A stretch of DNA of 64,000 bases from Candidatus Tenderia sp. (GTDB lineage: Bacteria; Pseudomonadota; Gammaproteobacteria; Tenderiales; Tenderiaceae): contig JANOSY010000087.1 in assembly GCA_031416075.1 (NCBI GenBank), positions 1 through 64,000 on the forward strand, given 5' to 3'. How positions within the stretch are numbered: position 1 is the first letter of the stretch; each line of letters opens with the position of its first letter. Shown here piece after piece: positions 37,219 through 47,511 of the stretch. The translations under genes were made by a program, and so were the position numbers. The notes beneath the pieces are model-generated. The model had not been told where the DNA came from, made no database searches, and saw nothing but the letters and a program-made list of their open reading frames with translations.

Positions 37219-38354
37219 GGCCAGCGGTGCAGAACAGAAATAGAGAGCAGGGCTTCACACTCGCCGAGATGGCGGTGGTGGTGGTGATTGCCGGTATTTT
37301 GCTGGTGGCGGGCGTCAAGGTGCTCACCGCCCAGATGGACAGCGCCTCCTACAGTGCAACGCGGACAAAACAGGAGATGATCAAACAGGCGTTGATCACC
37401 TACCTCGGCAACAACCGGCGTCTGCCCTGCCCGGATACCCGCAACGGCAACGGCCCGGGTGCACTTACATTCACCACGGCAGCACCGCCCGATGGCATCG
37501 AAAACCGGGCCACGGCCGGTAATGTGACAACAATCTGCGCCGCGACTTTTGGAGTTATTCCTTATGCAACGTTGGGATTGGCGCGCGAGGTGGCGGTGGA
37601 TGGCTGGGGCAATCTCTTTGCCTATCACCTTTCCACCGCACCAAACAATTGGGCGCTGACGGCCAACTTTGCGGATACCAACAGCGGGGCGATCACGATT
37701 AGTGAGCGCAATGGTGCCGGAGCGGTTGCGCTGCTGATCTCAACGGTCGTTGTAAATATTGTTTCATATGGCAAAAATGGCAATGGCGCATTTACCATCA
37801 AAGGCACACGTGCGGTCTTGCCGGTGGCGGCCACCAACCCGGATGAACGCGAAAATAGCGATGGCAATACAACCTATTTCAAGCGTGAATACAGCGACAA
37901 TACGGCGATAGCGGGTGGGTCGTTTGATGACCTAGTGATGTTTGTCACGACGGCGGATCTGATAACGCCGTTGCGGCGTGATGGAACCTTGCAGAGCATG
38001 AGTGCAACAGTGGTGCAGCAACAGGAGAGTATCAAAAACGCCATAGTCGGTTTTATGATGGGGGTGGGGTGCAACATGCCCGCAAACATCACAACGGCAC
38101 TTGGATTGTCGGTTAGCAGTATCACCGACCCTTGGGGCACGATTATTAGTTTTCCAGGCGCGGGGGCGATTACAACATTGACCGCCACTGATGCCAGTCT
38201 GGTGCCGCTTGGCACGGCGGCATCCACGGCATTTACACTTACCTCCTATGGCCCCGATCGCGTCGTTGGTGGCACAGATAACATCGTGCTGACCCAAACC
38301 GTGGGGCAGTTGCGCGGTCTGCTGGGGAATGCTTATGCGATACGTTGCCCATGA
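37215..38354 (+). CDS. Type IV prepilin-like protein (large minor pilin)
   Basis: QGFTLAEMAVVVVIAGILL class III signal peptide; RLPCPD, DGWGN. Confidence 0.9.
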   Translation: MRPAVQNRNREQGFTLAEMAVVVVIAGILLVAGVKVLTAQMDSASYSATRTKQEMIKQALITYLGNNRRLPCPDTRNGNGPGALTFTTAAPPDGIENRATAGNVTTICAATFGVIPYATLGLAREVAVDGWGNLFAYHLSTAPNNWALTANFADTNSGAITISERNGAGAVALLISTVVVNIVSYGKNGNGAFTIKGTRAVLPVAATNPDERENSDGNTTYFKREYSDNTAIAGGSFDDLVMFVTTADLITPLRRDGTLQSMSATVVQQQESIKNAIVGFMMGVGCNMPANITTALGLSVSSITDPWGTIISFPGAGAITTLTATDASLVPLGTAASTAFTLTSYGPDRVVGGTDNIVLTQTVGQLRGLLGNAYAIRCP

Positions 38355-38989
38355 TTAACAATGAGATGAAAGGGACCTCCACTCAATGTAACTATCTAAA
38401 TCCGCAACAGCGCGGTTTCTCGCTGGTCGAGATGGCAGTGGTGCTGGTCATCATCGGGCTGCTGATCGGCGGCGTCATGCAGGGGCAGTCGCTGATTCGT
38501 GCCGCCAAGGTGCGGGATATTATCACCACGGCGGCTGATCTCACCACGGCAGCGGCCGCGTTCAAAGGGCGTTATGGTGTGCTGCCGGGCGATGCGCCAA
38601 CGGCAACCACCGAGATTCAGGGGGCGACCGGCAACGGCAATGGTGATGGGCTGATCAGCACGGCCGAGTCGGCCAATGTGCCCAACCATCTGTTTGCAGC
38701 AGGGTTTATCAAAGGCGGGGCGATAGCGCCTATCAGGACCACCTACGGCTCCGTCTGGCTGGTGCAGCGGAGCGTGGCGATAGCGGCAGGTTCCCCCTGT
38801 GGCGTGGCCGTCAATAACACTGCCCCTGCCGCGCCGGTCAACAACTTGGTGGTATTTAGCAATCTTCCTGGCGACGCCGCTGCAGAGATCGATGGCAAGC
38901 TGGATGATGGTCTGTTCAACGCCGGTTCCATCCGTGGTTCGGTCGCCTACAGCAACGCTATCGTGCAATGTCTGGCGCTGCCACTTTAG
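38351..38989 (+). CDS. Type IV prepilin-like protein
   Basis: RGFSLVEMAVVLVIIGLLIGG; LPGD and IDGKLDDG motifs. Confidence 0.9.
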   Translation: MINNEMKGTSTQCNYLNPQQRGFSLVEMAVVLVIIGLLIGGVMQGQSLIRAAKVRDIITTAADLTTAAAAFKGRYGVLPGDAPTATTEIQGATGNGNGDGLISTAESANVPNHLFAAGFIKGGAIAPIRTTYGSVWLVQRSVAIAAGSPCGVAVNNTAPAAPVNNLVVFSNLPGDAAAEIDGKLDDGLFNAGSIRGSVAYSNAIVQCLALPL

Positions 38990-39141
38990 GCCTTTGATGG
39001 CCTGTTTTTCTAAAGTTCTTTTATTTCGCACCGATTAACTATGCAGAGCAATGTGGGTGGTCACGTTGAGAGAAAATATTATTGGGTGATGACACAGACT
39101 TCAGTATCCCTGAAGCACCCCTTACCAGAAGGAAGATAGTG

Positions 39142-39792
39142 ATGAGACAGAGACAAAAGGGATTTACATTGATCGAGATTGCCATCGTGCTGGTGATTAT
39201 CGGACTGATCTTGGGTGGGGTGCTGAAGGGACAGGAGATGATCACTAGCAGCAAGACCAAAAATGTGGTCAAGGACATGGATGGTATATCGGCTGCGGTC
39301 AATACGTACATCGACAGATACCGTCGCGTGCCGGGTGACGACGGGGTGCTCGCAACATTGCAGGCCCGTGGCGGCAGCTGGGCCACCATTACTGCTGCTG
39401 GTGATAATAACGGCGTACTGGCGATCACTGCGGCACAGACCTTCACTGGCGCCGGCGGCGAGCCTGTTGCCTTCTGGCAACACCTGAAGGCCGCTGGCCT
39501 GATTGTTGGCAATGTGCCTGATATTGGCGCTGCGGCACTGCCGCGCAACGCCTTTGGCGGTCTGGTGGGGGTGACTGCGACGGGCGTAACCGGCATGATC
39601 GGCAATGCGGTGTGTATGAGCCAGATGCCCGGCAAGGGGGCCATGGCTGTTGATACGCAGCTCGATGATGGCGTGCCCAACAGCGGCGCTGTCCGTGCGA
39701 CCACGGCCGTCGCTGGGCAGAATACCCCCCCGGCGGCGGCGGCAGCCGCCTACAGCGAAGCTGCCGTTTATAGCGTTTGCCGCAATCTCTGA
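39142..39792 (+). CDS. Type IV prepilin, probable major pilin
   Basis: KGFTLIEIAIVLVIIGLILGG; preceded by a 150-bp spacer and followed by a strong hairpin. Confidence 0.9.
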   Translation: MRQRQKGFTLIEIAIVLVIIGLILGGVLKGQEMITSSKTKNVVKDMDGISAAVNTYIDRYRRVPGDDGVLATLQARGGSWATITAAGDNNGVLAITAAQTFTGAGGEPVAFWQHLKAAGLIVGNVPDIGAAALPRNAFGGLVGVTATGVTGMIGNAVCMSQMPGKGAMAVDTQLDDGVPNSGAVRATTAVAGQNTPPAAAAAAYSEAAVYSVCRNL

Positions 39793-39820
39793 CACTGAAG
39801 TATCAAGAGTGCCGCTTCAC

Positions 39821-39847
39821 ACAAGGCCCGCATCACGCGGGCCTTGT
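39821..39847 (+). terminator. Hairpin after last pilin
   Basis: ACAAGGCCCGC-ATCAC-GCGGGCCTTGT. Confidence 0.7.
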
Positions 39848-40065
39848 CATTATTAATGTGGCGTCTGAATAGGAGAGCCATAAAGGTGCCGCACACTTTT
39901 TCTGAAAAGACGACGTGCCTGCCTTGGCCAGAGGCAGGCGTGGCAAATCAAACGTTAACCGCTGCTATTTTCTTTTGGCGTGTCAGTTGCCGCTCTGGGA
40001 GTAACAGGTTCAGGAGTCATGCCTGATATAATGCCCGACCTTTCGCCCTCCAGACCAATACCACC

Positions 40066-43000
40066 GTGCAAGAGTCACTGAAAAAATTGAATGGCCAGAT
40101 CGACCTCTGCATGCAGGCCGATCGTCACCGCTTGCGCCAGCGGCTGCAACGGCTGCGTGACAAGGGTACACCAGAACAGCTTGAGGCTGTGGGTGTTGAT
40201 ATCGCTGCCTCGGCCCAGCGGCTGGCGCAACGCCGTGCCAATCTGCCCACGCCTACCTATCCCGAAGAGCTGCCCGTCAGTGAGCGGCGTGAAGAGATTG
40301 CTGATGCTATTCGTAAACATCAGGTAGTGATCGTGGCAGGTGAGACGGGGTCTGGAAAAACGACTCAATTACCTAAGATATGTTTGGAGATGGGGCGAGG
40401 TGTGGCCGGGATGATTGGTCATACCCAGCCACGGCGTATTGCTGCACGCAGTGTGGCAACACGCATTGCATCTGAACTTCAAAGTGAGATTGGGCGTCAT
40501 GTTGGTTATAAAGTACGTTTTAGCGACCATACTCGTCCCGAAAGTTATATAAAGCTGATGACTGATGGCATTTTGTTGGCCGAAAGTCAGGGTGATCGCT
40601 TTCTTAATCAGTACGACACATTGATTATTGATGAGGCACATGAGCGTAGTCTCAATATCGATTTCCTGCTGGGCTACCTGAAACAGCTCTTGCCTCAACG
40701 TCCTGACCTGAAAATTATTATTACCTCGGCAACTATTGATACGGAACGTTTTTCACAACACTTTGATGGAGCGCCTGTCATTACTGTAAAGGGGCGTACA
40801 TACCCTGTTGAGGTGCGTTATCGTCCGCTACAGAGTGACGATGAAGATGAGCAGGTTCGCGATGTGCAGCGAGGTATTCTTGATGCAGTGGATGAGCTGG
40901 CCCGACATGGTCAAGGCGATATCCTGATTTTTTTGCCTGGTGAGCGTGAGATCCGTGAGACCGCAGAGAGTCTTCGCAAACATCATCCCCCCCATACTGA
41001 AATTGTGCCGCTGTTCTCCCGTTTGAGTGCAACTGATCAGAATAAAATTTTTCAGCCACATAAAGGACGACGTATTGTACTTTCAACTAATGTTGCTGAG
41101 ACGTCATTGACGGTTCCTGGTATTCGTTATGTGGTTGATCCTGGTATGGCGCGTATTAGCCGCTATAGCCATCGTACTAAAGTTCAGCGGCTACCGATTG
41201 AAAAAATATCTCAGGCATCCGCCAATCAACGTGCGGGGCGTTGTGGGCGTACTGGTCCGGGCCTCTGTATTCGGCTTTATGGTGAGGATGATTTTATGTC
41301 CAGATCGGAATTTACTGATCCGGAGATAAAGCGTAGCAATCTTGCTTCAGTCATTTTACAAATGAAATCATTAAAGCTAGGTGATATTGAACAGTTTCCA
41401 TTTGTGGACGCCCCTGATAATAGTATGGTCAGAGATGGTTATAGACTGCTTGAAGAGTTAGGGGCGATTGATTCGCGTTTTATTCTGACAGAAACAGGGC
41501 GTCAGTTAGCGCGTCTGCCGCTGGATCCACGTATTGCTCGTATGGTGTTGGCGGCAAGAGATGAGTTCGCTCTGAATGAAGTGATGATTATTGCCAGCGC
41601 GTTGAGTGTTCAAGAAGCGCGTGAGCGACCGCATGGAAAACAACAACATGCGGATGAGAAGCATAAAATTTTTTCTGATGAACGCTCCGACTTTTTTGCT
41701 TATCTTAATCTCTGGCGTATATATCATGAGCAGGATCAGCACCTGAGCAGTAATAAAATGAGACAATGGTGTCGTGAAAATTTTGTCTCTTATTTACGTA
41801 TGCGTGAATGGCACGATGTACATGCCCAATTAAATAGTGTGATTAAAGAGATGGGGTGGCGAGGTAGTGACCAACCCGCTGAATATGATCAGATACACCG
41901 ATCATTACTGGCGGGTTTGTTAGGCAATATTGCTACAAAAGGTGAGGCCCAGGAGTATAACGGTGCCCGCTCAATAAAATTGCATATTTTTCCTGGATCT
42001 ACCCTAGTTAAAAAAAAGCCACGCTGGTTGATGGCGGCAGAGTTGGTGGAGACGCAGCGTATGTATGCGCGTACGGCAGCCAGCATAGAGCCGGAGTGGA
42101 TAGAACGTGTTGCGGGTGATCTCTGTCGTAGAAGCTATTTTGATCCGCATTGGGAAAAGCGTACGGCAGCAGTGGTTGCTTATGAGCGGCTAACACTTTA
42201 TGGATTGATTATTAATCCAAAGCGTAAAACTCATTATGGAAAAATTGATCCAATAGAATCTCGAAATCTATTTATTCGCGGTGCGCTGGTGGTTGGGGAT
42301 TTTAATACCCGTGCCCCTTTTTTTAAACACAATGCCGATTTGATTTTAGAGATTGAGGCGCTGGAGGCAAAATCACGTCGTCGTGATCTACTAGTGGATG
42401 AGAATGTGTTATTTGATTTTTATGATGAAATCATTCCAGAGGATGTTTTTGATGGACGCCGTTTTGAAAGTTGGCGTAAACAGGTAGAACAGAAGCAGCC
42501 AAAACTTCTCTATCTGACACAAGAGTATTTGATGCGAAACAACTCCAGTGGTGTGACGGAGGTGCAGTTTCCAGATGTCTTGATGATCGATGGTATGGTG
42601 CTTCATCTTGGTTATCATTTTGAACCGGGCAGTGATGATGATGGTGTGACGGTGACAATTCCATTGCCTGCCCTTAACTTGTTTAAGCCACAACGTTTTG
42701 AGTGGCTGGTGCCTGGGCTATTGCATGAAAAAATATGTCAGATAATAAAATCACTGCCTAAGCAGATACGGCGTAACTTTGTTCCGGTACCTAACTTTGC
42801 TGATGCCTGTTTGCAGTCGATAAAAATTGGTGATGATCCTTTGTTAGATTCGTTGCAACAACACCTCTTACGAATGACCGGCATTAAGGTTAATAGGGAT
42901 GATTGGGATATCGCTAAACTTTCACCGCATATGTTAATGCGCTTTAATGTGGTTGACGAAAAGGGTGCTTCTCTTTCCACGGGGCGTGATCTGTTGCGGT

Positions 43001-43926
43001 TACAAAACCAATGGCGGGATAGGGCTCAGCAGAGTTTTTCGGCTGTTCCATCCTGGCATGGTGAGCGTAAAGACGTGGTTCAGTGGGATTTTGGTGAGTT
43101 ACCGGAATGTGTTGAATTTGTGCGCAATAGTACACAGATGCGGGGGTACCCAGCATTGGTCGATGCTACGGAATCTGTTGCGATTCAATTGTGTGATACA
43201 GAGAGAGAGGCCCTGCGTCTTAGTCGCATTGCGTTGCGTCGTCTGATTGGCTTTGCCGCTGCCGATAAAATTAAATACCTGCATAAGCAGTTGCCAGATT
43301 TTAAACAGATGGCGCTTTATTATGCCACCATTGGCCATAGTGACGAGTTGCAACAGGATCTTGTTGATACCATTATTGATCAGGCATTTCTGGGGTCTAG
43401 TGCACTACCACGCACTGCTCAGGAGTTTGATCGCTGTATAAATGAAGGAAGGCAGAAAATACTGCTGGTTGCCAGTGAACTCTGCACGATGGTGCATGAG
43501 ACGTTGGTGCAGCACCATCAGCTTGCCAAACGGCTTAAGGGAAATCTGCCGCCTACCTGGTTGCATGTGGTGTCAGATATTAATGGGCAGCTCAGTCAGC
43601 TCATCTATAGTCGTTTTATCAATCAGACTTCAGCAGAGTGGTTGAAGGAGTATCCGCGTTATTTCAAGGCAATCAATGTGCGGTTGGACAAGTTAGCAGG
43701 CAGTGAAGCGCGTGATAAACAGAATACTCTTGAGCTTAAACCGTTATGGCAGTTCTACATGGATCGGAAAAAACGACATGAAGAGCAAGGTATAGTTGAT
43801 GCGGAACTCGATACTTATCGTTGGATGGTCGAAGAGTTACGTGTTTCACTTTTTGCCCAAGAGCTGAAAACAAAAATGCCTGTTTCAGTTAAGCGTGTAA
43901 AAAATCAGATGGAGCTTGTGATTTAG
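40066..43926 (+). CDS. hrpA: ATP-dependent RNA helicase HrpA
   Basis: GETGSGKTTQLPK, TQPRRIAA, DEAHERS, TSAT, QRAGRCGR, C-terminal EELRVSLFAQEL. Confidence 0.97.
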   Translation: MQESLKKLNGQIDLCMQADRHRLRQRLQRLRDKGTPEQLEAVGVDIAASAQRLAQRRANLPTPTYPEELPVSERREEIADAIRKHQVVIVAGETGSGKTTQLPKICLEMGRGVAGMIGHTQPRRIAARSVATRIASELQSEIGRHVGYKVRFSDHTRPESYIKLMTDGILLAESQGDRFLNQYDTLIIDEAHERSLNIDFLLGYLKQLLPQRPDLKIIITSATIDTERFSQHFDGAPVITVKGRTYPVEVRYRPLQSDDEDEQVRDVQRGILDAVDELARHGQGDILIFLPGEREIRETAESLRKHHPPHTEIVPLFSRLSATDQNKIFQPHKGRRIVLSTNVAETSLTVPGIRYVVDPGMARISRYSHRTKVQRLPIEKISQASANQRAGRCGRTGPGLCIRLYGEDDFMSRSEFTDPEIKRSNLASVILQMKSLKLGDIEQFPFVDAPDNSMVRDGYRLLEELGAIDSRFILTETGRQLARLPLDPRIARMVLAARDEFALNEVMIIASALSVQEARERPHGKQQHADEKHKIFSDERSDFFAYLNLWRIYHEQDQHLSSNKMRQWCRENFVSYLRMREWHDVHAQLNSVIKEMGWRGSDQPAEYDQIHRSLLAGLLGNIATKGEAQEYNGARSIKLHIFPGSTLVKKKPRWLMAAELVETQRMYARTAASIEPEWIERVAGDLCRRSYFDPHWEKRTAAVVAYERLTLYGLIINPKRKTHYGKIDPIESRNLFIRGALVVGDFNTRAPFFKHNADLILEIEALEAKSRRRDLLVDENVLFDFYDEIIPEDVFDGRRFESWRKQVEQKQPKLLYLTQEYLMRNNSSGVTEVQFPDVLMIDGMVLHLGYHFEPGSDDDGVTVTIPLPALNLFKPQRFEWLVPGLLHEKICQIIKSLPKQIRRNFVPVPNFADACLQSIKIGDDPLLDSLQQHLLRMTGIKVNRDDWDIAKLSPHMLMRFNVVDEKGASLSTGRDLLRLQNQWRDRAQQSFSAVPSWHGERKDVVQWDFGELPECVEFVRNSTQMRGYPALVDATESVAIQLCDTEREALRLSRIALRRLIGFAAADKIKYLHKQLPDFKQMALYYATIGHSDELQQDLVDTIIDQAFLGSSALPRTAQEFDRCINEGRQKILLVASELCTMVHETLVQHHQLAKRLKGNLPPTWLHVVSDINGQLSQLIYSRFINQTSAEWLKEYPRYFKAINVRLDKLAGSEARDKQNTLELKPLWQFYMDRKKRHEEQGIVDAELDTYRWMVEELRVSLFAQELKTKMPVSVKRVKNQMELVI

Positions 43927-44019
43927 GGCTTGTATGTTTTTTGATGGATGTCTTTTAAAAACAGTTGTTTAATGGATGATGTAAAGTTGTCCACTAATAG
44001 ATAATAAGGAGTTGATAAA

Positions 44020-44736
44020 ATGGGTGAGCCTGTGCGCCTCTCAAAGCGGTTGATTGAACTGATTCATTGTTCCCGCAGCGAGGCTGACCAATATATTCAG
44101 GGTGGTTGGGTGTTGGTGGATGGTGAGGTGGTGGAGCAGCCGCAGTTTAAAGTGGATGAGCAGTGTGTTGAGCTGCATCCTGAAGCGGTATTGGTGCCGG
44201 TTGAGCCGACAACGATATTGCTGCATTTGCCGGCCAAGTTTGACGTGAAAGATCCTGCTGCGCCACTTAAATTAATTACGCCTGACAGTCGCTCTGAAAA
44301 TGACAGTTCTGGCATTCGCCTGCTTGGACGTCATTTTTCTCATCTGATGCCGACGATGCCGCTTGAAGTGGGGGCGACAGGGTTGCTGGTGTTTACTCAG
44401 GATCATCGTGTGGTTAAACGATTGGTGGATGATGCTGCAAAAAATGAGCAGGAGTATCATGTTGAGGTGGAGGGGATGATCGCTGATGATGGGCTTGATA
44501 AACTCAACCGTGCTATGAAATTAAACGGTTGGCCGTTATCGCTTGCTAAGGTCAGTTGGCAGAATGAGCACTGTTTACGGTTTGCATTAAAAAATATGCG
44601 CGTTGGGCAGTTTGACTTTATGTGTCAGAGCGTTGGGTTAAAGGTGGTAGGCATGAAACGAATTCGTATCGGGCGTGTGCCCATGTCGTTGCAGCCAGGG
44701 CAATGGCGCTATTTGCCCCATGGTGTATTGTTTTGA
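44020..44736 (+). CDS. S4-domain RsuA/RluF-like pseudouridine synthase homologue, atypical active site
   Basis: VRLSKR..CSRSEAD..GWVLVDG S4 domain, MKRIRIGRV; GRLD motif reads MPLE. Confidence 0.8.
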   Translation: MGEPVRLSKRLIELIHCSRSEADQYIQGGWVLVDGEVVEQPQFKVDEQCVELHPEAVLVPVEPTTILLHLPAKFDVKDPAAPLKLITPDSRSENDSSGIRLLGRHFSHLMPTMPLEVGATGLLVFTQDHRVVKRLVDDAAKNEQEYHVEVEGMIADDGLDKLNRAMKLNGWPLSLAKVSWQNEHCLRFALKNMRVGQFDFMCQSVGLKVVGMKRIRIGRVPMSLQPGQWRYLPHGVLF

Positions 44737-44765
44737 TAGAGGACAAAAATAATCAATATAGAGGG

Positions 44766-45413
44766 ATGGTAAAATACTATGCCGGTCAGATTGATAAAGT
44801 GGCGATTGCTGAGTTGCCCAATTATGAAGATCATGGTCGGGATGTTGTATTGGTGGATGGTGAAAATATTCATCATGCGATAGCTGATCTACTTAAGCAA
44901 CGGTATCTCGGTTTTGATACGGAGTCAAAGCCGGTGTTCCAAAAGGGTGCGACAGGCAGTGGTATCTCTATTATTCAGATAAGCTCAGTCAGTTGTTGTT
45001 ATATATTTTTATTGAACAGCATTGCTGATAGCACTTTGTTGGGTGAGGTTGTAAATAATCAAAATATCATCAAGATTGGTGTAGGTCTTAAGGATGATCT
45101 TAGTAAGCTGCGCGGGCAGTGTAAGTTTCATCCGGTTGCTTTTGTTGATTTGGGGACTATTTTTAAAACATTTGGTCGTAGAAATAGCCTGGGATCAAAA
45201 CAGCTGGTGGCTTTGGTATTACAAAAAAAATTGCGCAAAAGTAAAAGTGTTACCACTTCTAATTGGGCTGCGCCCACGCTGACACCCATGCAGATTGCGT
45301 ATGCCAGTGATGATGCTTTCTCCAGTGTTGATGCGTATATCAAGTTGCGGGAGGTCTTTTTGCCTTATGTAGCACAGCTTGATAGAAGTGTGGTGCGACT
45401 GCTGGATTTGTAG
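44766..45413 (+). CDS. 3'-5' exonuclease (DEDDy, RNase D/WRN-like)
   Basis: LGFDTESKP, KIGVGLKDD, SNW..LTPMQIAYASDDA. Confidence 0.9.
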   Translation: MVKYYAGQIDKVAIAELPNYEDHGRDVVLVDGENIHHAIADLLKQRYLGFDTESKPVFQKGATGSGISIIQISSVSCCYIFLLNSIADSTLLGEVVNNQNIIKIGVGLKDDLSKLRGQCKFHPVAFVDLGTIFKTFGRRNSLGSKQLVALVLQKKLRKSKSVTTSNWAAPTLTPMQIAYASDDAFSSVDAYIKLREVFLPYVAQLDRSVVRLLDL

Positions 45414-45535
45414 TCTGTTAAACCTATATTTTTTATCGCTATCGAAGTGTTTACCAAAACAGTGACGCATATTTTTGGCTTTTAATTGGGCCGGTAAAGA
45501 ATGCTGGGCTTGATGTTTTAGCCCAGCAGTTACCT

Positions 45536-46393
45536 CTACTCTCCTTCGTTGGCCTCTTGTTCGCGGCGGCGGCGTTCCATCTCTTCTTCTCTGGCGTTAT
45601 CGATAACTTTCATGACGTCGTCGATATCAGCAGCAATGTTGTTTTCGGCAAAACAGCCAGTGAGTATGCTGTCAGGAGCCAGGCTGCCGCTTTCGTAGTG
45701 AGCCCATATCTCATTGGCGTAGGTGGTGGCGAGTAGCTCGGGGGCAAAGTTGCCAAAGTAGTTGCTCATGTTGTTGACATCACGCGTCAGCATCATTCTG
45801 GCGCTATTGTTGCCAGCGGCGTTGACGGCCTGGGGTAGGTCGATGATGACGGGGCCGGTGGGGTCGATGAGTACGTTAAATTCGGAAAGGTCTCCATGCA
45901 CGAGACCGGCACAGAGCATGCGGACGATTTCGCGGATGAGGCGGTTGTGGTATTCAATCGCCAGTTCAGGAGTGAAGCTGACTTCGCTCAGACGTGGTGC
46001 GGCGTGGCCGTCGCCGTCGGTGATAAGTTCCATCAGTAGTACGCCGTCGATAAAACTGTAGGGTTGTGGTACCCGTACACCAGCGTCTGCAAGGCGGTAT
46101 AGTGCGTCAACTTCGGCAGTGAGCCACGCCTCTTCGCTCTCTTTCTGGCCATAGCTGGTACGTTTTTGCATGGCACGAGCACGGCGGCTGTTGCGTACCG
46201 TTCTGCCTTCCTGGTACTGCACGGCCTGTTTGAAGCTGCGTTTATTGGCCTCTTTGTAGACTTTGGCGCAGCGGATGGTTTCGCCGCACCGAACGGTGTA
46301 GACCTGGGCCTCTTTACCACTTTTTAGTTGGCATATGATTTCGTCTATTAATCCATCTTCAAGAAGGGGTTGCAATCTCTTTGGAATTTTCAT
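45536..46393 (-). CDS. RIO1-like protein kinase (PA4780-like)
   Basis: LKSGKEAQVY, CAKVYK, VHGDLSEFNVL, IIDLPQAV. Confidence 0.92.
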   Translation of the reverse strand: MKIPKRLQPLLEDGLIDEIICQLKSGKEAQVYTVRCGETIRCAKVYKEANKRSFKQAVQYQEGRTVRNSRRARAMQKRTSYGQKESEEAWLTAEVDALYRLADAGVRVPQPYSFIDGVLLMELITDGDGHAAPRLSEVSFTPELAIEYHNRLIREIVRMLCAGLVHGDLSEFNVLIDPTGPVIIDLPQAVNAAGNNSARMMLTRDVNNMSNYFGNFAPELLATTYANEIWAHYESGSLAPDSILTGCFAENNIAADIDDVMKVIDNAREEEMERRRREQEANEGE

Positions 46394-46441
46394 GTGGCCC
46401 TTTAGCGGTTGTTGTCTATTTTGTGGCAAATGGCGTTTTGT

Positions 46442-47239
46442 TTAACGCTGTTGCCTGATAAATTCGGCGGCGATAATGGCGAAGGCGACGGAGACGTTAA
46501 GGCTTTCGACCAAGCCGCTGCCCGGAATCTTTATATTAACATCGGCGAGCTTTTGAAGTGCTGGTGATACACCTGCCTGTTCTGCACCCATCACTAGCAG
46601 TGTCCGTTTGGGGAGTGTGCCACTGTATAACGAATCGCCCTGTGCGGCGGTGGTGAGCACTACAAAACCGAGTTTTTTCAGTTCATTGATGGCGCGCTGA
46701 TGATCATTCACGGCGATCAGTTTGACATGTTCTGCCCCCCCTTCGGCCACGCGGCAGGCGGAGGCGGATAGTTTTGGCAGGCGGCCACTCTCGCCGAGCA
46801 GGTATTGGATACCTAGGTGGGCACAGGTGCGGACTATAGCGCCTAAATTGTGTGGGTTTTCAACGCCATCAAGATAGCTGATCAGGGTGCCATCTGCATG
46901 TTGGCTGAGTGACTGCTTTAACTGCATGAAGGTTATGCGGGTGTGCTCCAGTGCCAGCAGGCAGACTCCCTGGTGGTGTATGGACTCGGTGAGCCGCTCC
47001 AGATCGGCATCATCAACAATGTGGTAGGCACGGTGGCTGGCGGCGGCCCATTTCAACATGGCGCTGTGGGTTTTGAGTTGTGCCTGCGTCACATAGATGC
47101 GGATGATGTCGTCTGGGCGTTGTTGCCATAACGCCAGACAGGCCGCGCTGCCGTAATACTTCAACTCTTTGCGGCTGTTGCTGTAGGCGTCTGTAACTGG
47201 GCGTTTACGGTCTGGATGGGCGGATCTTTTTTTGGTCAC
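46442..47239 (-). CDS. SpoU/TrmH-family RNA 2'-O-methyltransferase (YfiF-like)
   Basis: VENPHNLGAIVRT, RVAEGGAE, MGAEQAG, VESLNVSVA. Confidence 0.92.
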   Translation of the reverse strand: MTKKRSAHPDRKRPVTDAYSNSRKELKYYGSAACLALWQQRPDDIIRIYVTQAQLKTHSAMLKWAAASHRAYHIVDDADLERLTESIHHQGVCLLALEHTRITFMQLKQSLSQHADGTLISYLDGVENPHNLGAIVRTCAHLGIQYLLGESGRLPKLSASACRVAEGGAEHVKLIAVNDHQRAINELKKLGFVVLTTAAQGDSLYSGTLPKRTLLVMGAEQAGVSPALQKLADVNIKIPGSGLVESLNVSVAFAIIAAEFIRQQR

Positions 47240-47511
47240 AGCTATAAATCCGAAATGGGTGTGTACATAGAATACATCAGCTCTCTGCTGGGTTTGTGAA
47301 CTTAGTGCGACGGGTTTTATATAAGTTGTGATAAGCAGGCTGTTGATGCCGTCATCGCCCGTAAGGCCCTATTTTATTGTAAAAACAATCAGGTATTGTG
47401 GGTTTTATCTAAATTCTTGCGGTTATTGTGTCGATACCTCTATATGGGTGGGTTATTGATGGCCAACGGTGTGTGTTTGGGAAATATACAAGTGATGTGG
47501 AGTGTTAGGTA

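Noticed and set aside
32471-39795. Long minus-strand ORFs (e.g. 32471-33370, 35078-35884, 39079-39795)
   Set aside because: Shadow frames of GC-rich pilus genes with no recognisable motifs.
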